DNA from: Octopus vulgaris
Lineage: Eukaryota
Direction: 5' to 3'
Assembly (NCBI GenBank): GCA_951406725.2
Contig: OX597825.1
Coordinates: 59,954,001 to 60,018,000, forward strand
Length of the DNA stretch: 64,000 nt
Part shown: piece after piece, positions 13,349 through 27,222 of the stretch
Position numbering within the stretch: position 1 is the first letter of the stretch
Layout of the letters: each line of letters opens with the position of its first letter
Program-made: the position numbers and the translations under genes
The notes under the pieces: model-generated
What the model was told of the DNA's origin: nothing
What the model saw: only the letters and a program-made list of their open reading frames with translations
Databases searched by the model: none

Positions 13349-13689
13349 TCTTTCTACTATATGCGGAAGGCCTGAAATTTGGCGGAGGAGATAGGTCCAT
13401 TACATCGATTCCAATACTTGACTGGTACTTATATTATCGGCCCCGAAAGGATGAAACGCTAATTGGCCACGGCGAAATTTGAAACTCAGACCGTAATGGT
13501 GACACTTGGTCAGTGATCATGCTCACAATAAAACTAACAGTTTTCATATAATAATAATGACGGATTCTCCCGTCGAGGACAACGTGTGAGTGTTCAGCAT
13601 TGGCCAAACGATCTGTACAAAGAATTTGTTTATAGTGATCAAGTGAATGTGCTGCACATTTGCTCACTCTCTCCAGCAAATCGACGTAT

Positions 13690-13826
13690 TATGCGTCAAG
13701 TGTCGAAGTGATCGTAGAGCGACACGGGATGTAGTGTTTTGCTCAAGAACACAACACATCACCCGGTCTAGGAATTGAAACCACGATCTCGCGATTGTGA
13801 AGGCAATACTCTAACCACTAGGCCAA
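13690..13826 (-). mobile_element. Older SINE related to the family A head
   Basis: Minus strand reads TGGCCTAGTGGTTAGAGT..GGTTTCAATTCC..TGTTCTTGAGCAAAACAC. A second copy lies at ~56770-56897 (-). Confidence 0.65.
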
Positions 13827-14759
13827 TGATAATACTAAATTGCACATATATGCAATAGGGAGAATGAGAGAGTTTGAAAGGTAGATAAAATCTTGGTTTC
13901 AAATTTTGACAGACAGAAGGTCAGCAATTTCGAGAAATGTGGTAAGTCAACCACATCGACCCCAGTGCTCAACTGGTTCTTACTTTAGCGGTCTCCAAGT
14001 TGAAGCGCAAAGTAGACCAAGGTGACATTTGAAACCAGAACGTAAAAATGGGTGAGATACCGCTAAGCATTTTGTTCGGCATGCTAATGATTCTGCTAGC
14101 TCACCGCATTGAAATAAAATAAGATGCATTCATGTTTGCATCTACACTCCAAGTAAGAAAGAAAACAAAAAAAGGTATTATATAGTAAATAGTGAGATAA
14201 CACGACTTGTCTCGACACAAATCATTTTTTTATTGTATATATTTATTCATCCAGTCATGTGGTATGATTCGATCATGTGAAGTTTTCCTACTCCTACATC
14301 GATTAACCTTTAGCTCCGTCTATTCATCCAAACACATGACACTTTATTGACACTATTACGTGACATTCTTTATACGTTCAATCATGTAATGGATTAATTC
14401 TTTTACATCTCGGGTCGCTTGTTTTTAGTATTCTTAATTTACACTGTAGACAATTTGAATTATAGATTACCAATTTATATTTCGTTTTGGAATTATTAAA
14501 ATAATTTTCGTTCATTAATAAAATCATTATCTGAGAACAATATCATTATTATTTATTCCTACATTGTAACATTATTTCGCGACGAATATTAAAATGGAAA
14601 GTACTGGAGAACTCATTGACTAGAGAGTCCTTAGAAATGTCAAAACAAAGTGGCAAGCAGAAAGTGGATATTTTAACAGCTTTAGTTAACAAGTTTATAT
14701 TGTCAAATTCAACTACATCAGTTAAATAATCAAAGGGATACCACATCAAAAGTTATGAG

Positions 14760-15300
14760 ATGCTTCCTACTTTTGAAGATGACGAACAAAACAAAATAAC
14801 TTTTGCATCTTGGTATGACCGTTATATAGATCTTTTTGTCACTGTAGCAACGGAATTAGATGATTCAAGTAAGGTAAGACTATTAATACGTAAACTGGGC
14901 AGTTCTGAATACAATGAGTACTTTAAATTTGTATTATCCAAATATTCTAATGAATTTGACTTTAAAACTACAGCGGATCAACTTACAAACATGTTTGTTG
15001 AAACATCTTCAATGTTTAACATCAGATATAAATGTTCGAAATTATAAAAATGTCCTGAAGAAAGTTTTATTTCATATGCTAGGAGTATAAACAATGATTG
15101 CGAAAAATATAAGACAGACAATGACTAATGACCAATTTAAGAGACTACATTACTTATGTGGCCTGACATTACCAAGATGTGATCATATAAGAAATCATGT
15201 CCTAGCTAAATTGGACATATTAGACGACATTTCCTGACAAAAATTAGCGACTGAATGTCAGTGACTACTTCATTTTAAGCACGATACTCAAATGAGAAAA
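14760..15300 (+). pseudogene. Ty3/Gypsy (Mag-like) LTR-retrotransposon gag fragment
   Basis: TFASWYDRYIDLF..LDDSSKVRLLIRKLG..F.TT..QL..MF..SSMFNIRYKC..L*K.PEESFISYA.SIN..CE, a typical N-terminal gag signature; stops follow downstream. Confidence 0.75.
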
Positions 15301-15818
15301 ACTTCCGATGGAAATGAAATGGTTTCAACCTCTAATAAAGTTCCGGCAAAGAAAGCGAGCTGGAGTTCACAGAATTCTCAAACACCTGATGGAACTATGT
15401 GAACCACCTCCAACAGCATACCATAATATTCTGGTTCAACAAACAACAGAACATGTTTTACTTGTGGTTTGCATATTGATATTTGAACAAACATATTGTG
15501 GATATAACAAAAAAGCATCGTTTTTAGATCTATCTCCAGCGTCCCTCATGAGAGGGATGTGGGAGATAAAGTTTCTGGTCAATAATGGAACATAGTTGAA
15601 GATAATTTGGTGGTTTATCACTTAACAGTTAAACTATACATACGCATACATAGCAAACCTAGTTGCTAACAGGGAACTATAGATAAACATTTTTCAGCTT
15701 ATCAAACATCGATATGGGAAAAGTTACAAACTTCTTCGCCAATAATGCATGTGTTTGCATACACACACATGTATCTCCCCCAGTCTCACTTCCTCTGTCA
15801 TATATATATATATGTATG

Positions 15819-15867
<49 letters not shown>

Positions 15868-16086
15868 ACAAATACATAAAATCTTGGGATCATCGGTACA
15901 ATTAGAAACGACAAGGAACACAGAAAACACCCAATATGTTAGTATAATCCAGGTGACGTTAATAACATTAAACCCTTTTATAATATACTGGGTAAAAATC
16001 GTAGATACCATTGAAGTTATCGTATTCTATAAACTCGAACTTAGAAGCAATAATAACCACATCTAATCAGTATATATTAAGAAAAC

Positions 16087-16143
<57 letters not shown>

Positions 16144-16211
16144 GAGAGTAGCACCTTGCTTTTCGAACAACTCTGATCACGAATAAATCATGCGTTATCT
16201 ATCTATATATA

Positions 16212-16277
<66 letters not shown>

Positions 16278-17232
16278 CCAAATTAAGGGATTGGACCAAA
16301 TAAAATCCAGTTTATCAGGTTACATGTATTTCGTAGCTACCAGAACCTCGTAAATATTAACTACTCACCAGGCTGATGATACCTTGGTTAAATGAAGGTT
16401 ACATTGTCGTCGAGGAGATGTCATTGAAAATGATAAAGCACGTCACGTGAAAACAAAATGGAAAAATATATATATGAAAAAATAAAAAGTAGGAGTGGTT
16501 AATTGTTTAAAGCTGTTAAGAATTAGAGTAAGATTAAAGAAATGGAGAGGGGGAAGAGGGGAGGAAATTTTGGTTAGATTGAAACTGACAAAAGGAAGGT
16601 CTTTGTGAATACAGGTACTCAGGTTGATACCTTCGACTAAAGTATGTCAACTGTAAACAGATGAATAAATATATTCTTTTCTACTCTAGGCACAGGGCCG
16701 GAAACTTAGGGGAAAGGGGCTAGTCGATTAGATCAACCCCAGTACGCAACTGGTGCTTGCTTAATTTATTGACCCCGAAAGGACGAAATGTCGCTAAGCA
16801 TTTCGTTCGGCGTGTTAACGTTTCTGCCAGCTACATATATACATTTAAACAACATCAAAGAAAAGAAAAGGGAAGACTTTTAGAGGTAAAATTGTGAAGA
16901 AAAGAGGTGGAGGGTAACTTTTAGTAGTCAGGTGAATTGGTTAGGAGATAGAGTTTCTGGTCAATAAGGGAACACAGTTGAAGATAATTTGGTGGTTTAT
17001 CACTTAATGGTAAAACTATACATACGCATTCTTAGCAAACCCAGTTGCTTGCAGTGAACTACAGAAAAAACATTTTTCAGCTCATCAAACTTCGATAAGG
17101 GAAAAACTTACAAATTACTGCGACAATAATCTACTATTATTCCTGAAGGTTGTATTTTATCCCTTCTATGGGCCGCTCGAAGCTTACTAAACTCTTATAA
17201 CTGGGTCATTGTGTTTTACGTTTATATATATT

Positions 17233-17510
17233 GGGCCACCAAAGCCTTGTAAGAGGCTCTAGTAGACCGAAACTGTAAGAAGCCCGTCGCATACATATGT
17301 GTGTGTGTGTCTGTGTTTTTCCCTACCACAGCTTGGCAACCCGTGGTGGTTTGTTTACGTCCCCGTAACATATTGGTTTCAACAAAAGTGACCGAGAGAG
17401 TAAGTATCAGGTTTTTATAAGAAGTAGTGGGGTTGATGCATTCGAATAAAGTTTCAAGGCGTTGCCCAGCATGGCCGCAGTCGAATGACTGAGACAAGTA
17501 AACGATAAAA
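17233..17510 (+). mobile_element. SINE family B, 5'-truncated, in TA repeats
   Basis: Homologous to the 3' part of 41425-41833. Confidence 0.75.
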
Positions 17511-17540
17511 GATGTCTCCATATATATATATATATATATA

Positions 17541-18696
17541 TTACATACATATATTGCTATTTGTAACCATACAAGCATGTATATATGTGTATGTGTTTCC
17601 GTATATATATACATATGGTGAGAGAAGAAGCAAGAGTAAGAAGGACAGAATAAAGGATAATGATCAAATAATCAATTGTCAAAGTGACGGTACATTTGAG
17701 AGAGAAATAATCGTTTGGATATGCTTGTGTTTGCATCTTTCACTGTTTATGCATCTTTCACTGTATTTGCATCGAATGTCACATTACTCAGCAGTGCAGA
17801 TCCATTTTCTGCTGCCAAACGATCTATTTTTAGAAGGTCGATAGACATTGGTCAAGCTAGAATTCAGATGAGTTCTGGTTTAGAAAATTGATTGACATAG
17901 TGTCTGAAAATTTGTGACAGTTCTTTGGTAATCTACGGTTTTTTTCTTTAATAACGTCGGCAACTTGGTTTGCTAAAATTCTAAAGCAAACATTACTGGT
18001 GTTTTCAAAATAAAAGGGATAAGCTTGCAAAATTTATTTTGCAAATGTTTTCTGGTGGATTATTATATAAATAATGATCTTACATAATAAGAATAAAGGT
18101 AATATATAAAAAAATATATATATACCGTATATAATATATATGTTACATACATATATTGCTATTTGTAACCATACAAGCATGTATATATGTGTATGTGTTT
18201 CCGTATATATACATATGGTGAGAGAAGAAGCCAGAGTAAGAAGGACAGAAAAAGGATAATCATCAAATAATCAATTGTCAAAGTGACGGTACATTTGAGT
18301 GAGAAATAATCGTTTGGATATGCTTGTGTTTGCATATTTCACTGTATATGCACCTTTCACTGTATTTGCATCGAATGTCACATTACTCAGCAGTGCAGAT
18401 CCATTTTCTGCTGCCAAAAGATCTATTTTTAGAAGGTCGATAGACGTTGGTCAAGCTAGAATTCAGATGAGTTCTGGTTTATAAAATTGATTGACATAGT
18501 GTCTGAAAATTTGTGACAGTTCTTTGGTAATCTACGGTTTTTTTTTCTTCAATAATGTTGGCAACTTGGTTTGCTAAAATTCTAAAGCAAACATTACTGG
18601 TGTTTTCAAAATAAAAGGGATAAGCTTGCAAAATTTATTTTGCAAATGTTTTCTGGTGGATTATTATATAAATAATGATCTTAAGAATAAAGGTTA
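17541..18696. repeat. Tandem duplication, period 602 bp
   Basis: Units start TTACATACATATATTGCTATTTGTAACC at 17541 and 18143 and align over nearly their whole length with scattered substitutions. Confidence 0.95.
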
Positions 18697-21600
18697 AAAA
18701 AAAACACCGTAAAACATTCAGTTTGAAATAAAACGCCATAACCCCAAATCTCTTTCGCAATTAGCACACCAATATATCACCAACATAAAGCCGTCATTTA
18801 ATAAAGCCATCATATACCCCAATTATAATTCTCCCGCGTAAAATATTAATCATAAAATATTCACTAATGCCCTGCGCCATAGGCCACTATCATAATCATT
18901 CTTCATAAATCATTATCACAAGATCCATCATAGACCTCCCGACGTAAACAATCATCGTATCCCTCAATAATCCCTCAGCATTAATCCCAATCTTAAACCC
19001 TTCAACATAATCCTGCTGCTTATAATCTCGAAATATAATCCTATATCAAAAAATCACTACCGACCACCTCTACCATAAAATAGCGTCTGTAACATAGGAA
19101 GTGTGATCTTAGTTAAATGTTGTGAGTATAAAATGTCAGTCGACCAAGTAAATACGTTTTTGCCCTTTATAGAGATAAATCTACGGCTCGTAACTAATCA
19201 CAAGCACTCCTATGTGTACCTAGTAAATACACTCATTGGTCAGTAGCCCAGTAAACATATCCCACAATACGTAAATTCACGAGGTATTACAGCAATAAAG
19301 GGAAAACTGCAAGATTAGCAAATGCTTTGGTTACTTACCGTTTCGAATAATTTTATATGACTGAGACATTTGAAGTTCTACCGCGATAGACGTAAGTGAA
19401 AAATTCTTAATGTATATTTTAAATTACAAAATTACTGAAAAAGCCATACCAAATCGCAGAAGAAGCAATAATTCAGAGGTCAGTGAAACACTACAAAACC
19501 GACCCGATTATATTTTTTTGTTGTAAATATTCTATAGTGTAGACTGTAGCAAATTCTGAAAATTTAAAGGAATTTAAACTTGAAGTAATTTCTATCGTAT
19601 GATCAAGTTTGATGCAAAGCATGTCGCATTAGAATATTAAATTCCACGTAAAGAAATTTAGTTTAACGTTAAAATATTGGCGACTCGCTATATTTAATTT
19701 AGGCTTCTATGTTCTATTTAATTTAGGCTTCTGAAATTAAATAACAGTGATAATTTTTTGCTTTATATATTCTAAGTTGATGAATTAAATTTGAATAAAA
19801 TTGTGTTTAAATTACCTGTACCATGAACACTACAAATATTCAGAGTCAAATCTGAACGTATGAAATTATTACTGAAAAGCATGGACCGTATATTTTGTAG
19901 TAAGTTTTGGGACGACCGTAACTGCTATCCTCATTCAATTTCTGTTGGGATTACATCACATTATTTCGGAAATACACGAGAAAAAAGTTGTAATGTTTAA
20001 AACGCTATCGCCCTCTCTTTTAAATCTTGTGTGCAAGGATGTATATTAATAAAGCTTAAAATAACTGTATTTGAGGTTTAAATTATTAGAGACGATGTAC
20101 ACATAACTATCACGATTTCAATCTAGCTTCGATATACGAAATATTGTATCAATATAGCGACTTGGCTTTAAATCAAATCCGTGTAAATATTTGAAAATGA
20201 TCCACTAATAGCGGTTATTTAATAATGTGCTCGACAAAATATTTACGGTTGTCTATCTTAAACGTCAAAACTGATAGAACATGTTTCATCTACCTTTCTC
20301 CAGTCATACTCATTCGATCACTTTTTACATCTCAGACTACATGTACTCTTGCATTTTTGCATGATGGTGAGGTGTGCCTCAAGGTGGACTTGGTTGCTAT
20401 TTCTTGCAGATTAAACCAGAAGATTGCCTTGTTGTGTTGTAGAAATGATGACTAATTTATTGTGCAAAATAAATTAGTATTTTTAATTCGGACTTAGTCT
20501 GGTGAAAAGTACTGATTTAGTATCCAATCTCAAATATTATTTCCAAGAGATATCGTCACTAAATTACACTTTAGAGAAAGTTTATAAGCACGTATATTCT
20601 TTGTTATAAGACACTTATTTGTTATGCGATCTGTTACATATATTTTTCATCAAATATAAAGAGGAATATAGTGGTTGTATACTGTCACGTTGAGTTGACA
20701 GTATACAACCACTATATCGCCCCGCCACCGCTCACGTCTCTCAGACATTTAGAAATTCAATATTTCTAATAGAGAGGAATGTTGTGGGAAAAATGATAAC
20801 ACGTCAACCTAAATGTTTTACGGTTGTTAAATATGCTTCTATTCATTATCAAGACAGCAAACTGCCAGGATCATTAGCACTCCTAACAAAATGCATGCTT
20901 AGCAGCATTTCATCCGTCAAATTCCGCCAAGGTAAAATTTGCCTTTCATCCTTTCAGGGTCAATGAGCTACGTACCAATTGAGGACTGAAGTCAATACAA
21001 TTGACAACTCCTCATGCCTCCACCAAATTTCAGAGTTAGTCAGAAATGAATATAAGTATTATATGCAGTACTGTCTGACTCATCCGCGAATAAAGATTTA
21101 TGACTTCAACCTCTACCAGCGTAATTTTCGACTTTCATCTCACTGCCGTTATTAAAATAATAATAGTCACACATTACAGAAGAGAAATTGGTGACCATAG
21201 TATTAAACAATCACTTAACTATCTTGGTTAAGATGTTTTGTTAAGCGCAGAGTTGGCTTCGCGGGATCAGGCAGAGATCAAATAGTTTCTAACCGTGACT
21301 GTCCCGATTTTCTTCTTAACAATTTAAACACATGCACGTTTCCGATTTAACACGAATAAATACCTTACTGAAAGAGACAGACTCCTATTTCTAGCAGATT
21401 TACCAGTTATGTAAATGTTCCCGTCGTGGCTCATTGGGTATCATGATCTTGTTACTGACGAGAAAAAAATACTATTTCCTTATTTCTTGTAGCCAAGCAC
21501 AAAGTAATTTTAAGAGCTGAGTTTTATATACCAATGCAATTCATCTCGTGATATAATTCTAAATATTTTATTGACCATGGAGAGATGAAAGGATTAGTCC

Positions 21601-22175
21601 AATTAGATAGATATTGAACACGTAATCATAACTTACTGGAGTAGATAGTGCGGAATCTTAAGCTGTGCTTTTGATATTACTTGCTCTAAATGCAAAGGAT
21701 GTAGTGAGAGCAATATATGCGAGGTCAAAGTGACAAACATTACTATGTTTGAACGTAAATTTTAGCTCAAAACTCTTGCATATCAATGATTCAGTTTAGA
21801 GAAGACCGTCACTGACGTTGGATTTTTCGTGTATTCTGACAAAAGAAAGTTATATGTTCGCCTGCATTTATGCACGTATATATATATATGTATACATGTA
21901 CACATGTAAACATGTTTCCTATATACTTTCATATGTAAGTATGTTTGCATGTATAACACAGCTCGTTAAGTACAAAACACCACCCTTTAAACAATGGGAA
22001 TGGAAAATAGCGCACACATACACCCTACGTATGTGTATACACATGCATAGATATGCACACACACATACTTATACACACATACAATCATATATCCGTGTGT
22101 TGTACGGCTCTATGCATATACAGATACATACTTACAGATATACACACACAACACATATATATGTATATATATATG

Positions 22176-22223
<48 letters not shown>

Positions 22224-22273
22224 TATGTATATGTATGCATATATATCTAAATATGTAATATATATATATATAC

Positions 22274-22316
<43 letters not shown>

Positions 22317-23144
22317 TATATATGTATATATACATATATATAAGTATATTTGTGCTTGTGCGTGATCGTGCTAGTTTGTATATGATGCGTAGCTTAAATG
22401 AAAAGGTGCAAGAAAACGCTGCCTTCTGCTATCATGCATGCCATGTCTTTGTAAAAGAGATTGTAAAACCTAGATTAGTTCCAATAGACTGGTTAATATT
22501 GAACAATGGCAGTTTATTGCTTTGTTCTACAAGTAATGGAGATAGGAGAGAAGATGGCGGTATAGAGTACACATCTTTCGTTCTGTATACCAACTACTGA
22601 GAGAGACAGAGGGAAAGAGAGAGAGAGACAGAGAGACAGAGAAAGAGAGATAGAGGAAGAGAGAGAAAGAGAGAGGAAACGAGAGAGAGTGAGAGAAGTG
22701 TGAATGGGTAAAGAGAAACGGCAGGAAGCAAAAGAACGAAGACAATGATAACGATGTAGAATAAAATGAAGAAAAGTTGAAGAACATGAAGTTTGTTGAG
22801 ATAGTGATAGCGTCTCTTGTGGAAGTGGTAGCGACAATGATATTGGTGGATGTGGACGAACCTATTGATGCGGTTGGTTTTATGATAATAACGACATTAA
22901 TAATCAGGAAAGAGAAAAGATGAAAGGGTATCGATAATAGTAGTAGAAGTAGTAGTAGATGTAGTGGCGTTTCTAACTTTTTATACTTATCAAAACTTCG
23001 TTATTCAAGGTACCCCTTATTATATATTAAAAATAAAATGCAGTGTGATTTACAGAGGGTTTCACTCATAATTTTTGTGAATATTGGTTGAAGTTTACAT
23101 CTTGTGCGGATGTTGTTGTTGTTATTATTATTATTGTTGTTATA

Positions 23145-23412
23145 ATTATTCCTTCGAAACACAGTGTAAGTAAAAATACACTGGAGTCTTTAGTCATCTA
23201 AGTCACAAGAAGGATCTCAGACAGATAATACTTTCATTTAAGATGTGCGCTGTGCCCAATAACGCTGCTTTTTGCAAGATACCAGTCTTGAATGGGAAAT
23301 TTATTTGCTTTGAGAAGTCTTGTAGTTTCAATGGGATCGCGCCCAACGCTCCAAATACCACTGGTATCTCTTTTACATAAACCTCTCACATTCCATAGTC
23401 TTGCCATTTCCA
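23145..23412 (-). pseudogene. 3' end of an R4/Dong-like RLE non-LTR retrotransposon
   Basis: EMARLWN..PVVFGALGAIP..ILQKAALLGTAHIL across frameshifts, flanked by trinucleotide repeats. Confidence 0.75.
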
Positions 23413-23564
23413 TTATTATTATTGTTGCTTTTCTTCTTCTTCTTCTTCTTCTTCTTCTTCTTCTTCTTCTTCTTCTTCTTCTTCTTCTTCTTCTTTTATG
23501 TTTGACTTTTGCTTTACATTTGTACAATTTGGCTCCTAGTGTCATACGGAGACTTCAAAATAGT

Positions 23565-24117
23565 GAGTGGGAGAGCAGTGCATGCCATCAAAGTGACATT
23601 GGCGTAAAATATACGAAGCGCTGTATACACATCATAGCTACCAGTCTGATGAGGGTACACCAAGCACATGCATCACAACCATATGTGTGCGACATGGTGA
23701 TCACATATCAAGATAAACAGTGCAAGACCTTGTACGTGGCCCCAGTTAAAATTTTCTTCAGTTCGAGTAGCTTATCCCGCTGAAAAGGTCCCTGAATAAG
23801 AGTTGTTTAAGAATGTTGAGCGAAACACCCATGTTTCCAAAGGAGAATTATTGAGACCCCAAAGAATTCCTTTCGAAACATAGCTATGATGCTCTCTCAC
23901 TACTTCTGCTCGTGATCAGAGATGCACATACAGTCAGCGACCAAGGGACATGCTCAACTGGTTAAGGTCAAACAACTGACAAACAAATCTGTGGTATTGA
24001 GCAGAATAATTGCTGTAGCCCATCTTTTATATCAAGACATAATAATGGTCATGATAACCCTTCCAATCAGTTAAGATAAGAAGCAATGGAAGCCACTGCC
24101 TGGTACTGTATGAGGGC

Positions 24118-24118
<1 letters not shown>
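23565..24118 (-). mobile_element. Family D repeat (longest, more diverged copy)
   Basis: Reverse-complement homolog of 12777-13291 that abuts (ATT)n at 24119. Confidence 0.85.
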
Positions 24119-24178
<60 letters not shown>

Positions 24179-24859
24179 ATTATTATTATTATTATTCATA
24201 CAAGCAGAACGCATGCATCATTGCTCGTTCATTTTATTGCTTTAATATTTGTCTTCAGAAGTTGTAAACTGTTCATTTTGTTACAGAATGTTTACTGAAA
24301 CAAAAACATTTGCATAGCTTGATTTGGTTTGTTTGTTCGAGACCCTTTGGGCAGTCAATTTCGAAAGGAAAATTTTCATTATGTTTAGGGAAAAAATAAC
24401 TTTATAAAAATGTATGGCGCCGTCCGCCATGCTTAAAGACATGGAAGAAGAGCTAAGTGATAGTTCTGAGAGTCCATCCCCTTCTACCCTGAAATTGAAG
24501 AGAGGGTGAGTACTCACCAAGTTCAAAGAACATTGAACTTCGCTACCACTATGACAACAAACACCCTTAGCAAAATCAACTGTGACAACGCAGCACGGGA
24601 ATTGGAATTATTCCAATTACGAAATTGAATTTCCCCGCAATAAATGACACACCACTAAAATTATCAAATAAGGGTGACATCAATAAAAGTACAAGCATCG
24701 TCACGACGAACGCCTCGCCCGCCACCACTGCCACCCCAACTAATACAACAAATATTAGGATAAACGATAATAGCAAAAGGAACTTAGTAAAGGGAAAATT
24801 AACTATTTGTTCTACACGGATCATATGATGCTTTTTAGAAAGACAGATTTTTCAATATA

Positions 24860-25130
24860 AACTGTAAAACTCTTCAACAAAGATATAGGAATGTCACTTG
24901 CCATAAATAAGTGAGCAATATTTGATCTAAAAAAGGGACAGGTAGTCAGCGGGGATGACAATCACTTACCAGATGGCAAGACATTAAAATCACTGGAAGG
25001 AGAGAATAATAAGTATCTAGGAGTATAGAATGTGACAGAGTACTATAGAGATGAAAATTTAAATTGAGAAGTCAGTGAAGTCAAAGCTAAATATCCAAAT
25101 CTGGTGAAGTCTGGTAAATACATGTGTAGT
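24860..25130 (+). pseudogene. Reverse-transcriptase C-terminal fragment of an RLE-type LINE
   Basis: GMSLAINK*AIFDLKKGQVV..LPDGKTLKSLEGENNKYLGV resembles the GMxFGLxKC..L.RGK..YKYLG RT subdomains. Confidence 0.65.
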
Positions 25131-25153
25131 ATCATTAATAATTAAATATTTAA

Positions 25154-25615
25154 GGCGGCGAGCTGGCAGAATCCTTAGCGTGCCAGGTGAAATGCTCAGC
25201 GGTATTTCGTCTGCCGCTACGTTCTGAGTTCAATTTTCGCCGAGGTCAACTTTGCCTTTCATCCGTTCGGGGTCGATTAATTAAGTACCAATTGCGCACT
25301 GGGCTCGATATAATCGACTTAATCCGTTTGTCTGTCCTTGTTTGTCCTCTCTGTGTTTAGCCCCTTGTGGGTAGTAAAGAAATAGAAATTGGTATTTCTA
25401 TATAACTTTGCGTCATAATTGTAGAATGCGGAAGAAAATACTTAGCGGCGTTTTGTCCGTTTTCACGTTCTGAGTTCAAATTCTGTCGAGGTCAAAATTA
25501 CCTTCCAAACTTTCAGGGTCAATTAAATCTATATAAATCTAGCAAAGAGTTAATATAATCGACTAGTCCCCACTCCCAAAATTTCAGGCCTTGGATCTTT
25601 AATAGGAGGAATTAT
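25154..25615 (+). mobile_element. SINE family C, well-preserved copy plus a second unit
   Basis: GGCGGCGAGCTGGCAGAATCCTTAGC head with B-box-like GAGTTCAA; the tail TTAATCCGTTTGTCTGTCC is shared with the copy at 28955. Confidence 0.85.
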
Positions 25616-25794
25616 TAAATGCAGGGAAAGCAGCGAGCCGGGCAGAGTTCATAGCAGTATTTCATCTGTCTTTATGTCCTAATATAAAATTCTGACGGGG
25701 TCGATTTTTTCCTTTCATAGAGAACTGCATTGCGTCAATAAGAGAAAACATATTTGTAGTAGATATTACGGTGACTAGAAAAACGGTATTGTAA

Positions 25795-25835
<41 letters not shown>

Positions 25836-26599
25836 CTCTCTCACTATATTATATATATAAACCAGCCAAGCATCTGTTATTTAGTGACATACTGTATGCG
25901 AATATCACATGCTTGTCTCTCGTCTTTAGGTATTAATAAAATGAATAACAGTGAAATACTGGCTCGATACAAATGCACTCTCCCGTTTACAAATGTCCTC
26001 GTGCCTATGTTGGAAATTATAACAACATTGCAGAAAAAAAAAGAAACTTCTGCTACTTCTATATTATTGAATTGGCTGTTAGCAAAATGTGGTGTGATTT
26101 TTGGGGAATGCTGTAATTACAGATTTCAAAGCATGTTGTTGGAAAATTTTATAAGTTTATTAGCATGAATTGCAAATAAACTTTCCAACGATGAATCACC
26201 TTCAAGTTCCTGTCTGCAATAATGGAGAAATTCTAATTTCCTGTGACTGCTATGGCTTTGAGAAAGTGTCGTGATTCTATCAATGGCTACCTGGTACAAC
26301 TAAATGAAAAAGGGTATTGGGCATGATGGAGAAAGAAAGAGAAAGGGAAATCGAGAGACGTAGAGCGGGTGACAGGTGGAGAGAGAGTAAAAGAAAGAAA
26401 GAAAGAAAGAAAGAAAGAGAAAGAAGGAGAGAGAGAGTGAGATTGGGAGAGTATGAGAAAATTGCTGACGGTATATTATACTACATGCAGTTTTGTAGTT
26501 TTGTCGTCTGCTGCTGGAAATTCACAAAGGAAGGAAACTGCAAAACTTGAGACGGTATTTTTTTTTTATGCATTTTAAAACAATTTTCGAACTTCTTAT

Positions 26600-27000
26600 T
26601 TGCAGACTATATCATCATTATAATTTATATTGTACTTGCAAAACATTTGCTTCATCAGTTGGCAACTGAAAATTTTTGAAATTAGGTAATCTTCCACTGT
26701 ATCGTGTCTTCCAGCGTTACCAAATTGCACTGATGCTACCATGAAATATCGAGGTTCTTTTCACCTGCATCGTAACCTTATTTTGTTTTCTTTCTTATAC
26801 CTTTCTAACCATTACACCGAATCGAATGTTGCTGTAACTACTTCAAATTTGCAGCAACGTTTTATTTAATAGTTTCTGAGGATCTACTCATTTCTCCACA
26901 CTTTGGTGGTGCTCTCTCCAATTCTGCAATTTTCATGAAGCACCTGATGCTACCATTTTCCAGTGTGCATACAATTGCTTTGCAATAATTCCTTAGCCAA
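26600..27000 (-). pseudogene. Possible pogo/Tigger transposase relic
   Basis: Only the motif F..AS...W*RWKTRY (~26690-26745), reminiscent of the CENP-B-type HTH FxASxGWLxRWKxR. Confidence 0.3.
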
Positions 27001-27142
27001 AAGTCAAACAAATGGTGGATCTCATTACACACTCACAAAATCCTACATCTACTGGAATCAACATACCGACCTACACCCCATTTTATAACACTCCCTGTAC
27101 AGTCCGTATGTTAGTGTCATTATTTCATATTGCCACTCAGTA

Positions 27143-27222
<80 letters not shown>

